From an uncultured Eubacteriales bacterium (GTDB lineage Bacteria > Bacillota > Clostridia > Oscillospirales > Acutalibacteraceae), in the NCBI GenBank assembly GCA_902462035.1, contig CABQAC010000001.1, positions 1 through 27,310 on the forward strand: a stretch of DNA of 27,310 nucleotides, read 5' to 3'. The notes beneath the pieces are model-generated. The model did no database searches. It was given only the letters and a program-made list of their open reading frames with translations, and was not told the DNA's origin. The translations under genes and the position numbers were made by a program. Of this stretch, positions 19,115-27,310 are shown one piece after another. Each line of letters begins with the position of its first letter. Within the stretch, counting starts at the first letter, position 1.

Positions 19115-19404
19115 TTTCCGTTCCTCCTCAGATTTTCTTTCTTTGCCAGCTCTCCGGCAGCCTTGCGGCGTTCCTCGCTGTACGGTGCGGTTAGCTTGAA
19201 TCCAAACCGTCCCTTGTGGACTTCAAAGGTCAGACAGCCCAATTCGTCATCGTCGATCAGCTTGCACTCGTCTGGGTGCTGTGTAGCGAACTTTCTCAGT
19301 CTGTTCTTCAAATCGGTATTGTAGGTACAAACCTCAATTACAGGGCTGTCCTCGTTAAAATAGATGTTTGTTGTCTTTTGCTTTTTGGAAAGACCTGTTT
19401 TCAT
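19111..19404 (-). CDS. Hypothetical element backbone protein
   Basis: MKTGLSKKQKTTNIYFNE...TAPYSEERRKAA; AGGAGG RBS before ATG at 19404. Confidence 0.7.
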   Translation of the reverse strand: MKTGLSKKQKTTNIYFNEDSPVIEVCTYNTDLKNRLRKFATQHPDECKLIDDDELGCLTFEVHKGRFGFKLTAPYSEERRKAAGELAKKENLRRNGK

Positions 19405-19546
19405 AAAACCTCCTGTTTTTCGTGGCTTTTTCACGGCTCAACAGCCGTAAAAGTGAGTGGATTTTCCGCTGGAAAGTGCCTAAACGATGTGGGCATTTAG
19501 AACACTCCCAGCAGAGATTTTTTGTTTTTCTCGGCTCTAAACGGTT

Positions 19547-20833
19547 TTATCGGGCATCGTCCCTTGCGTGCGTTTTCCCACGGCTTTTACTGAATAAATC
19601 CCAAAGATTATTACGGGAAATTACATCCTCGTAGGTGCGAAGCCTACTGCGGAGACGGTCATTCTCCTGCTCCAAATTCGGTGACTTTAATTTGCTGCGA
19701 ACGGATTTGTATTGAAGCAATTCTTCACGCAAAGAGCTTATTTCAGCGGTAAGCAATTTTATCTGATTTTTCAAATCGGAAATCACCTTGTTTGCCGCAT
19801 CCAGCATCTTTTGCAACTTGGATTCCCGCTTCTCTTGGACATAATATTTCTTTGTGGCAGTAGCAAGTGTCTCATACTCGGACTTTTCAAGAAATACCCT
19901 TGAAGGGGAGAGCATGACAGGTTTGGCTTCGATTCTGTCAATGCTCTCGATATTGACCTTCTTCTGCTTAGTTTTTGCAATCTGATTGTCCAGGGCCGCC
20001 GCTTCTGCTTCTTTCTGCTGGGTACGCTCAGTGAGATCGGCAAGGCGTTCCTGTTCACGCTCCACCTTGAACTGTGTCACAGTCAGATGTTCCTCAGAAC
20101 TGCCACGCTCACCACGTTCCACATCGGTATATCCGGCAGCTTTCATGTAATTGAAGAAATCGTCCTGTAATACAGAGTAGGATTTTTTCAGAACAGGCTT
20201 ACCGGACTTTGTGCGAAGCTCCTGCCCATTTTCGTCAAGTGCAGGTTTGGAATCCCACTTCTTGCTCATGCTCACCTGCATAATGCGTTCTTTGACCGTG
20301 CCACGGAGGGCTTCATCTTTACAGCGTTTCGACCATCGGATTTCTTTCTCCACCACGGGGATGTAGACCACATGAAGATGATAGTGGTACACATCCTCAC
20401 CGAGAGCTTCTGACATTGCTCGATTTCGCTCATCGGCGTGCATGACAGCCGACAGAATATATTGCTCACCGCCTACAATTTCGATTGCACTTTTATATGC
20501 TTCGGCGTAGAATTGTTTTGCGAAGTCATAACCGCCGTTGTTATAGAAGTAGGCTGAATTGACATCGAAGATCAACTCACCGAATTTCTCTGCACCGGCT
20601 TTCAGACCACGGGTGGAGATAATTCCGCCTGCCACCATCTGGTCGAACATGGCGATGTAGCCATCAGTGGGTGTTTTGAAATGGACATTCATACCCAGCC
20701 GTTCCGGTACGATGTCTTGATTGACATAACTTGATTTTTCACGCTCGTTATGCCCTTGAGCGTTGGCTACTTTGTCGAGTGTCATTCTCATATTTCTTGC
20801 GCTGGTACGGTGAATACCGTCGCCTCTTGCCAT
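19547..20833 (-). CDS. MOBV (Mob/Pre, plasmid recombination enzyme) relaxase
   Basis: HNER motif, AVMHADE...HYHLHVVYIP His motif, LQDDFF, ERGE and a C-terminal coiled coil. Confidence 0.9.
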   Translation of the reverse strand: MARGDGIHRTSARNMRMTLDKVANAQGHNEREKSSYVNQDIVPERLGMNVHFKTPTDGYIAMFDQMVAGGIISTRGLKAGAEKFGELIFDVNSAYFYNNGGYDFAKQFYAEAYKSAIEIVGGEQYILSAVMHADERNRAMSEALGEDVYHYHLHVVYIPVVEKEIRWSKRCKDEALRGTVKERIMQVSMSKKWDSKPALDENGQELRTKSGKPVLKKSYSVLQDDFFNYMKAAGYTDVERGERGSSEEHLTVTQFKVEREQERLADLTERTQQKEAEAAALDNQIAKTKQKKVNIESIDRIEAKPVMLSPSRVFLEKSEYETLATATKKYYVQEKRESKLQKMLDAANKVISDLKNQIKLLTAEISSLREELLQYKSVRSKLKSPNLEQENDRLRSRLRTYEDVISRNNLWDLFSKSRGKTHARDDAR

Positions 20834-20884
20834 AGGCATTTCCTCCTGTATTTTTGATTGGTGATATGGGGTAGCGTTTTGGGG

Positions 20885-20945
20885 ACACTTCTGTGGAAGT
20901 GTAATAACCCACTATGATACTTTCATCCTGCGGCTGCAAAGTATC
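20885..20945 (-). other. MOBV-type oriT (RSA-like site)
   Basis: Inverted repeat GATACTTT...AAAGTATC, then ATAGTGGG/TTAT (pMV158-family nic is TAGTGTG/TTA), then inverted repeat ACACTTC-N4-GAAGTGT, directly upstream of the relaxase. Confidence 0.75.
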
Positions 20946-21176
20946 GTGGGCTCTCCGAGGGGGTATGCGGCATCTACGGATGCCTTGGCTGGAATTGGTG
21001 GCTTGCCCTGTATATACAAACCACCAATTCCGGCATGGGCTGCAAACCAGTCACGCATTGTGTGTTTCTGGTTTTCGCCCATTGGCAGGGAGAAGTCCGT
21101 TACATTCTCCCTGCTTGTCCACCGACCATCTGCGGATTGTCGGTGGGGACGGGGGATGCGGATTAGTTGCTGAAAA

Positions 21177-22454
21177 TCAATGGGTCATTTTGGCCCGTTG
21201 ATCTTCATTTTTACATTGCTCCGCAACGGTAGCGACGATAGCGACGGTAGATTTGGTGGTATCGTTTTCACCGTTGCGACCGTCGCAACCGTCGCACTCA
21301 ACGTTGTAGGTGAGCTTCACCCTACGCCCGGAGTGCTTGGCTTTGTTCTCATAATCCACACAGTAGTCCTCTGCCAGCTTGCCGCATTTAACATTCAGAT
21401 ACTTGCTCAGGGCATTTGCTGCCATGCCCGTGTCAACGGATTCTGCAAGTTCCGAGGGAGAGCCGATCCATTCCCGCTGCTCTGCCGAAACAAGCCTTGC
21501 AACGGCTTCCAGTACCGCATCGGGCGGCTCTCGGTGCAGCTCCGTTTCTGTCCGCTCCAAATTCCAAATCTGTGTCTCTGGGTCCTTTTTCAGATAGAGA
21601 ATTTGATCCTGTTGGTCACGCCCCACCACATCAATGGTGGCTTCAAGAGCCGTTCGCTTTTTCTTCTGCATCAGCAGAGAGCCATCGGCACAGCCGAGCA
21701 AACCTGTTGTGCCGGAGATCATTTCAAAGGTATCTCCTGCAGGCTGCTTGCGTGTATGGTGGACGGTCAGAACACAGATGCCATACTTATCGGCAAATTG
21801 TTTGAGCTTGCCGATAATGTCGTAATCGCTGGCGTAGCTGTATGCCTCGCCGCCGACCTCACGGATTTTCTGCATGGTGTCAATGATGATGAGCTTGGTA
21901 TCGGGATGCTCACGCACGAAAAATTCAAGCTGTTCGTCAAGACCGTTTCCAATCTTATTTGCCGCCGTTGCGAAGTGGAGCTTGTCGCTGTCCTCGACAC
22001 CGTACATCATAAACATACGGCTTTGAATACGCTGATAATCGTCCTCCAAAGCAAGGTAGAGTACCGTCCCCTGATGCACCTCGAAGCCCCACAATGGTGT
22101 TCCTGTGCTGACATGGTAGGCAATCTGAGCTACCAAAAAGGACTTGCCGATCTTGGGTGCCCCTGCGAGGATATACGCCCCACCGTAGAGTAGACCGTCA
22201 ATGATCGGCGGTCTGCTCTTATAGGTGGTCTGGTACAGTTCGGTCATAGAAACCGTGTGGAGATAGTACGGACTTGCCATTCGCTGCATCTGCCGCATCA
22301 TTTCTTCCAGTGATTCCTCGGATTTTTCAACTTGACCATTGATTTCTGGGTCGGAAGTGGTTATACTATTGTCAGAACTTAGTGGGAATGACTGCCTTTC
22401 ATCTGCGCCAACAGATGTTGCAAGGGCAGTCTTTTCTTTTGTATCAATCGCCAT
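21177..22454 (-). CDS. AAA_25 / RepA-like helicase-ATPase
   Basis: Walker A GAPKIGKS, VLYLALED, Walker B LIIIDT, VHHTRK and ISGTTGLLGCAD. Confidence 0.85.
   Translation of the reverse strand: MAIDTKEKTALATSVGADERQSFPLSSDNSITTSDPEINGQVEKSEESLEEMMRQMQRMASPYYLHTVSMTELYQTTYKSRPPIIDGLLYGGAYILAGAPKIGKSFLVAQIAYHVSTGTPLWGFEVHQGTVLYLALEDDYQRIQSRMFMMYGVEDSDKLHFATAANKIGNGLDEQLEFFVREHPDTKLIIIDTMQKIREVGGEAYSYASDYDIIGKLKQFADKYGICVLTVHHTRKQPAGDTFEMISGTTGLLGCADGSLLMQKKKRTALEATIDVVGRDQQDQILYLKKDPETQIWNLERTETELHREPPDAVLEAVARLVSAEQREWIGSPSELAESVDTGMAANALSKYLNVKCGKLAEDYCVDYENKAKHSGRRVKLTYNVECDGCDGRNGENDTTKSTVAIVATVAEQCKNEDQRAKMTH
21223..21296. repeat. Two opposed arrays of three 9-bp repeats (iteron-like)
   Basis: GCAACGGTA/GCGACGATA/GCGACGGTA, a 20-bp spacer, then ACCGTTGCG/ACCGTCGCA/ACCGTCGCA. 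Confidence 0.7.
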
Positions 22455-22779
22455 AGGCACTGTCCTCCTTCATACCATCCATAATTGTTGCCATCATTTC
22501 GATGGTATCCATCAGCTCGTCGTCAATCCCAGCCCCGGCCTCAATGCGCCGCAGCTCGTCCAGCACAGCGGTAAACTGGCTTCTGAGTGCCTTGAACACT
22601 CTCGGATTGCCCTGCACCACTACATCTTTACAAAGAAGTCTGCGGGTGATGTAGTCCTGCTTGGTCAGACCGGACAGCTTAACAAAAGTTTCAAGCTGCA
22701 AATCTTCCTCTGGCGATACACGGAACGCAACGGTTTTGTTCCTCCAACGGTTATGATTGTCGAGATTTTTCATAGACAT
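22444..22779 (-). CDS. Ribbon-helix-helix DNA-binding protein (MobC-like)
   Basis: RNKTVAFRVSPEE...VKLSGLTKQDYI shows the RHH pattern. Confidence 0.75.
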   Translation of the reverse strand: MSMKNLDNHNRWRNKTVAFRVSPEEDLQLETFVKLSGLTKQDYITRRLLCKDVVVQGNPRVFKALRSQFTAVLDELRRIEAGAGIDDELMDTIEMMATIMDGMKEDSAYGD

Positions 22780-22795
22780 AATTTTAAGCTCCTTT

Positions 22796-23866
22796 CTAGG
22801 TTTTCAGTGCATCCAGTTTATTTGCCATTTCGGTCTGACGGGTAGGGAACAGGTGTGCATAGCGATAAGTGATGTCGATGCTCTCATGTCCAACACGGTC
22901 AGCGATTGCCAGAGCCGAAAAGCCCATATCAATCAAGAGACTGATGTGCGAATGTCTCAAATCGTGGATTCTGATGCGCTTAACCCCTGTTTCCTTGCAT
23001 CCCCTGTCCATTTCCCGATGCAAATAGTTCTTGCTGATAGGGAAAATGCGACTGTCAGATTCGGCCCCATAAAGCTGCTTCAAATAATCCTGCATCTCTG
23101 CGCACAGGAACTCCGGCATCTGAATGGTGCGGATGCTTTTCGGTGTCTTGGGTGTGGTGATAACATCCTGCTTTTTCAACCTCTGATAGGACTTGTTGAT
23201 GCGAAGCGTTTGCTTCTGAAAATCAAAATCTGCCGGGGTCAGAGCTAGCAGCTCTCCCTCACGGATACCGCACCAGTAGAGCATTTCAAAGGCATAATAA
23301 GAAATGGGCTTGTCCATCATCGCCTCCGAAAACCGCTGATACTCGTCCCTCGTCCAGAACAACATTTCCCGCCGTTCCTCCGTCCCCATATTTCCAGCCC
23401 TTTGCGCCGGATTGATCTGTAAGCCATAATAGCGAATTGCGTGGTTAAAAATGGCGCTGAGTTGATTGTGGACGGTTTTGAGATAGGTGGTAGACAGGGG
23501 CTTGCCATGCTTATCGGTCAGCCCTCTGATCTCGTTCTGCCAGTCAATAATGTCTTTTGCGGTGATCTCCAAGAGCTTGCGTTTGCGGAAATAGGGGAGA
23601 ATCTTTTTCTGGATGATACTCTCCTTGGTGAGCCATGTGTTCAGCTTGAGTTTTTGCTTGATGTCCATTTCATAAAGCCCCACGAAACTCTCAAAGGTCA
23701 TGTTGATGTCGGCCTGTTTCTCCATAAGGAACTCCCGTTCCCAGGCCTGTGCCTCTTTCTTTGTGGCGAAGCCCCGTTTGAGCTTCTGCTGCCGTTCGCC
23801 CTTCCAGTCGGTATAACGGAATTGCACATACCATGTGCCGTTGTCTTTATTTTTGAACGCTGCCAT
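22796..23866 (-). CDS. Tyrosine integrase with an N-terminal arm-DNA-binding domain
   Basis: WYVQFRYTD...KRGFATKKEA arm domain; catalytic residues in GIREGE, PKT, HDLRHS, VGH and YRYAH. Confidence 0.95.
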   Translation of the reverse strand: MAAFKNKDNGTWYVQFRYTDWKGERQQKLKRGFATKKEAQAWEREFLMEKQADINMTFESFVGLYEMDIKQKLKLNTWLTKESIIQKKILPYFRKRKLLEITAKDIIDWQNEIRGLTDKHGKPLSTTYLKTVHNQLSAIFNHAIRYYGLQINPAQRAGNMGTEERREMLFWTRDEYQRFSEAMMDKPISYYAFEMLYWCGIREGELLALTPADFDFQKQTLRINKSYQRLKKQDVITTPKTPKSIRTIQMPEFLCAEMQDYLKQLYGAESDSRIFPISKNYLHREMDRGCKETGVKRIRIHDLRHSHISLLIDMGFSALAIADRVGHESIDITYRYAHLFPTRQTEMANKLDALKT

Positions 23867-23868
23867 TA

Positions 23869-24072
23869 TCAGTTCTCCTTTCGCTCGTTCTGATTTCTTG
23901 TGCCGTAAAACTTTTCATAGAAGAATTTGCGGTCAATACGACCGGAGATCGTGATGCAGCCGGTCTTTTTCAATTCCTCGTTCATCTTTCGTATGAGCTT
24001 ATAGGCGTATGGGACGGAAACGCCCAGCTCTGCCGCAACCTCGTCAACACGCATAAAAATCTGTCCTGCCAT
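23869..24072 (-). CDS. Excisionase-like HTH protein
   Basis: FMRVDEVAAELGVSVPYAYKLIR; immediately upstream of the integrase. Confidence 0.8.
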   Translation of the reverse strand: MAGQIFMRVDEVAAELGVSVPYAYKLIRKMNEELKKTGCITISGRIDRKFFYEKFYGTRNQNERKEN

Positions 24073-24289
24073 AGGCAAAATACCTTCCTTTCCTCTTTGG
24101 TAGCTACTGATATTCGTACTGCCGTTCTACCCGAACGCTTTCCTGCCCCAGGATCTCTGCGGCGTATTCTTTACCTTGGCAGGCTCCGCTTCTCAGCATC
24201 TTGGCGTTTGCTTCCCCAGTAAAGGTATTTCGTTCGGACGGTCATTCTGTTTTCAAAGAACGTTAAACATGTTTGCTTAGTTTATGGAT

Positions 24290-24318
24290 ATTGTACTATA
24301 CATTATTGCTTAAGTCAA
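24290..24318 (-). promoter_or_regulatory. Sigma-A promoter for the xis-int-rep-mob operon
   Basis: TTGACT-17 nt-TACAAT. Confidence 0.75.
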
Positions 24319-24361
24319 GCGTCTTGCGAGATAAAAATTAAACAAACAAGTTTTATTTATC

Positions 24362-24390
24362 TTGACTATATTAAACAAATCTGCTACACT
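24362..24390 (+). promoter_or_regulatory. Sigma-A promoter for the XRE repressor
   Basis: TTGACT-17 nt-TACACT with extended TG. Confidence 0.7.
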
Positions 24391-24426
24391 ATGAGTATGA
24401 ACTATATAGGACAGGAGTTGGCTATT

Positions 24427-24951
24427 ATGGCGATTGGTGAAAGAATCCACTTTTTTCGTACCCTACGGGGCATGACCCAGAAATATCTCGGTATGCAGTT
24501 GGGATTTCCCGAAAAGTCTGCCGATGTTCGTCTGGCTCAGTATGAAACAGGGACGCGCACACCCAAAGCAGAAATCACACAGGCTCTGGCAAATGAATTT
24601 GGCGTATCTCCCTTGGCTCTGGCTGTGCCGGACATTGACTCCTATCAGGGATTGATGCACACGCTGTTCACGCTGGAGGACAGATACGGCTTAAAAGTCG
24701 TGGAATGTGACGGGGAAGTGCATCTCCGTGTGGATGTATTCAAAGGCAAGGACGCTGCCGAACTGAGCAGTTCCATGATCGCTTGGAGGGAACAGGCGGC
24801 AAAGCTGGAAGCCGGAGAAATCACCAAAGAGGAATATGATCGCTGGCGTTACCGCTATCCCGAATTTGATACCACCCGTCGTTGGGTAAAAGTTCCCGAC
24901 CAGCGTTTTATGGACTGGCTGCTCTCCGATATGGACAAGGACAAAGAATGA
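24427..24951 (+). CDS. XRE-family HTH repressor of the element
   Basis: MAIGERIHFFRTLRGMTQKYLG...RLAQYETGTRTPK; AGGAG RBS; divergent from xis. Confidence 0.88.
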   Translation: MAIGERIHFFRTLRGMTQKYLGMQLGFPEKSADVRLAQYETGTRTPKAEITQALANEFGVSPLALAVPDIDSYQGLMHTLFTLEDRYGLKVVECDGEVHLRVDVFKGKDAAELSSSMIAWREQAAKLEAGEITKEEYDRWRYRYPEFDTTRRWVKVPDQRFMDWLLSDMDKDKE

Positions 24952-24960
24952 AAACGCAAA

Positions 24961-24999
24961 AAAAGGTCTTACCGACTCAGAAAATCGGTAAGACCTTTT
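24961..24999. terminator. Bidirectional terminator serving the XRE gene and guaA
   Basis: AAAAGGTCTTACCGA-N9-TCGGTAAGACCTTTT. Confidence 0.85.
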
Positions 25000-25079
25000 C
25001 TATTATAGATAAGTTATTCAACGCACCTGTAAGCCAGTCGTGACCTGCTTAATAAATCAGCAAGTACGGATTTTGCAAG

Positions 25080-25099
25080 TGCTATCAATCTGCTATCAA
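25080..25099 (+). repeat. Tandem putative integrase arm-type sites
   Basis: TGCTATCAA-TC-TGCTATCAA, ~80 bp inside the guaA-proximal att. Confidence 0.65.
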
Positions 25100-25176
25100 G
25101 CGGGAAAGAAAATCTCTTGAAATCTCCACTTTTTCGGCTCAACAGCCGCAAAAAACGGGGACGGGATAGAATTTCC

Positions 25177-25188
25177 TTATTCCCACTC
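25177..25188 (-). repeat. att site within the last codons of guaA
   Basis: GAGTGGGAATAA; the 8-bp core GAGTGGGA is shared with 10316-10323. Confidence 0.85.
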
Positions 25189-26718
25189 AATGGTGGCAGG
25201 GGGCTTGCTGGTCACATCGTAAACAATGCGGTTGACGTGTCCCACTTCGTTGATGATGCGGCCCGACACCTTTTCCAGCAAATCGTAGGGCAGCCGCGCC
25301 CAATCGGCCGTCATAAAATCGGTGGTGGTCACCCCGCGGAGCGCCACGGTATAATCGTAAGTGCGGCCGTCACCCATCACACCCACGCTGCGCACGTTGG
25401 TCAATACCGCGAAATACTGGCTGACTTGCCGGTCCAGACCGGCCAAACGGATTTCCTCCCGGAAAATCGCGTCTGCGTCCTGCAGCAGCGAAAGTTTTTC
25501 TTCCGTGACTTCGCCCATCACCCGGATGGCCAGCCCCGGGCCTGGAAAAGGCTGGCGCCAGACCAGCGATTCGGGGATACCAAGTTCCAGCCCGCATTGG
25601 CGGACCTCGTCTTTAAACAAGTCGCGCAGCGGTTCCAAAATCCCCTTAAAGTTGACGTCATCAGGCAATCCGCCCACGTTGTGGTGGCTTTTGATCACCG
25701 CCGCGTCGCCGGTACCGCTCTCCACCACATCCGGGTAAATGGTCCCCTGGCACAAGTAATTCACCTGGCCGATTTTGGCGGCTTCCTCCTCGAACACACG
25801 AATAAATTCCTCGCCGATGATCTTCCGCTTTTTTTCCGGATCTTCCACGCCCTTCAGCCTGGAAAGGAAACGGTCCTTCGCATTGACCCGAACGAGGTTC
25901 ATATCGAATTGCCTGCGGAAAACCGCTTCGACCTCGTCCCCCTCGTTTTTGCGCAGCAAACCGTGGTCTACAAAAATGCAGGTCAAGTTCTTGCCCACAG
26001 CACGATGGACCATCACTGCGGCGACCGAGGAATCTACCCCGCCGGAAAGGGCCATCAGCACCCTGCCGTCCCCAACCTTCGCCTTGATGTCCCGTACCGC
26101 CGTCTCTACGTAAGAAGCCATCCTCCAATCCCCCGTGCAGCCGCACGCCTTGTACAGAAAGTTCCGCAGCACCGCCATGCCTTGGACGGTATGGGCCACT
26201 TCGGGATGGAATTGAACCGCGTACAGCTTTCTTTCGCCGCACTCCATAGCCGCTGTGGGGCAGGCGGCGGTGGTTGCGGTAGCGGCAAAACCCTTTGGCA
26301 CCTGGGCGATATAGTCGGTATGGCTCATCCAGGTAACAGACTGCTCCTGCAGCCCTTCAAACAGCACGGCGCTCCGGTCAAACCGGGTTTCGGTCCGGCC
26401 ATATTCCCTGGTGTCCGGCGTTTTGACCACACCCCCCAGTTGATGGGCCATCAGCTGGGCGCCGTAGCAAATGCCCAGCACAGGAATGCCCAAGGCAAAA
26501 ATCGCGGGGTCGCAGGCGGGCGCTCCAGGCTCGTAAACGGAATTTGGGCCTCCGGTAAAGATTATTCCGGCGTAACCGCCCCGCTGTATTTCCGCAACGG
26601 AAATGCGGTGGGATTTTATCTCGCAAAACACGTGGCATTCCCGCACCCGCCTAGCAATCAATTGGCAGTACTGTCCCCCGAAATCCAGCACCAAAATAGT
26701 TTGATGGCTATTTTTCAT
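25177..26718 (-). CDS. guaA: GMP synthase (glutamine-hydrolysing)
   Basis: [37 protein letters not shown] and KPPATIEWE. Confidence 0.98.
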   Translation of the reverse strand: MKNSHQTILVLDFGGQYCQLIARRVRECHVFCEIKSHRISVAEIQRGGYAGIIFTGGPNSVYEPGAPACDPAIFALGIPVLGICYGAQLMAHQLGGVVKTPDTREYGRTETRFDRSAVLFEGLQEQSVTWMSHTDYIAQVPKGFAATATTAACPTAAMECGERKLYAVQFHPEVAHTVQGMAVLRNFLYKACGCTGDWRMASYVETAVRDIKAKVGDGRVLMALSGGVDSSVAAVMVHRAVGKNLTCIFVDHGLLRKNEGDEVEAVFRRQFDMNLVRVNAKDRFLSRLKGVEDPEKKRKIIGEEFIRVFEEEAAKIGQVNYLCQGTIYPDVVESGTGDAAVIKSHHNVGGLPDDVNFKGILEPLRDLFKDEVRQCGLELGIPESLVWRQPFPGPGLAIRVMGEVTEEKLSLLQDADAIFREEIRLAGLDRQVSQYFAVLTNVRSVGVMGDGRTYDYTVALRGVTTTDFMTADWARLPYDLLEKVSGRIINEVGHVNRIVYDVTSKPPATIEWE

Positions 26719-26860
26719 ATGACCATCCTTTCGTTAACCGGTATCGTTTGCCCAATTTTCCATTGGCAAACCGCCTGTTTTCAGGCGGACGGCACTTTCC
26801 GTTTTGTCGGATGAAATGTTTCCGCCTTTTTTCATTTTTCCTTTGCCTTATTATAAGCCT

Positions 26861-26889
26861 AAAAAAGGGCGGATGCCGCCATCCGCCCT
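26861..26889 (-). terminator. Intrinsic terminator after purA
   Basis: AGGGCGGATG-GCGG-CATCCGCCCT followed by a T-tract on the minus strand. Confidence 0.8.
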
Positions 26890-26910
26890 GCGTGCCGCCC
26901 ATGGCGGGTC

Positions 26911-27310
26911 TTATCGGTAGATAATATCCTCACGCGCGGGCCCGTTGGACACAATGCCCACCGGAATGCCCAACTGTTTTTCCACAAATTCCACGTAGTT
27001 GCGGGTGTTTAAGGGCAGGTCCTCGAAATGACGGATGCCCCGGATATCGCACTTCCACCCAGGCAACTTTTCGATCACAGGCTTGCAGCGGCCAAGCAGC
27101 GGCGGCGCGGGGAAATAGTCGATCCGCTTGCCGTCCAATTCATAGGCGACGCATACCGGGATTTCGTCCAGGTAACCCAGCACGTCCAGCACGGTCAGCG
27201 CCACTGTGGTAGCGCCCTGAACCTGACAGCCGTAACGGGAAGCCACCACGTCAAACCAGCCCATCCGGCGGGGCCGCCCGGTAGTGGCGCCGTATTCGCC
27301 CGCGTCGCCG
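26911..27310 (-). CDS. purA: Adenylosuccinate synthetase, 3' part (runs off window end)
   Basis: EYGATTGRPRRMGWFD, LTVLDVL, LPGWK and VSNGPAR. Confidence 0.95.
   Translation of the reverse strand, partial: GDAGEYGATTGRPRRMGWFDVVASRYGCQVQGATTVALTVLDVLGYLDEIPVCVAYELDGKRIDYFPAPPLLGRCKPVIEKLPGWKCDIRGIRHFEDLPLNTRNYVEFVEKQLGIPVGIVSNGPAREDIIYR

Larger units (their letters stand above)
10312..25188 (-). mobile_element. Integrative mobilizable element (tyrosine integrase, MOBV relaxase) inserted at the 3' end of guaA, carrying type I RM plus Abi cargo
   Basis: Flanking direct repeats, int/xis/XRE module, relaxase plus oriT, visibly AT-richer than the host flanks, no T4SS genes. Confidence 0.88.

Noticed and set aside
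21223..21296. Repeat array as a CRISPR
   Set aside because: Units are 9 bp with no spacers, and there are no cas genes in the window.
21180..22193. 337-aa plus-strand ORF
   Set aside because: Antisense shadow of the AAA_25 helicase.
25117..26814. 565-aa plus-strand ORF
   Set aside because: Antisense shadow of guaA with no recognisable motifs.
26719..26860. Possible purine riboswitch upstream of guaA
   Set aside because: Two small hairpins are present (26747-26788), but the purine-riboswitch junction and loop consensus is absent.

Overview
Genome segment of a Clostridia-type bacterium (Oscillospiraceae/Ruminococcaceae-like, inferred from gene content and AGGAGG RBSs). The left 10.3 kb is host backbone: a partial Sfp-type PPTase, a PdaA-like deacetylase, YqeY, an AT-richer TetR/membrane-protein islet, a GH127-like hydrolase, two GNATs, an esterase and a frameshifted CE15 glucuronoyl-esterase-like gene. 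The right end holds guaA and partial purA. Between them, a ~14.9 kb integrative mobilizable element (10312-25188) sits in the last codons of guaA, flanked by GAGTGGGA[A/G]TAA direct repeats. Its backbone encodes an XRE repressor, excisionase, tyrosine integrase, RHH protein, AAA_25 helicase and a MOBV relaxase with oriT. Its cargo is a defence operon: HTH-hsdM-hsdS-[AbiJ-like/HEPN protein]-hsdR-YhcG/DUF1016. The most interesting signal is a putative HEPN RNase abortive-infection effector translationally coupled inside a type I RM operon, at the position PrrC occupies in EcoprrI, under an apparently autoregulated promoter. All family calls come from motif recognition by eye; no database searches were run.
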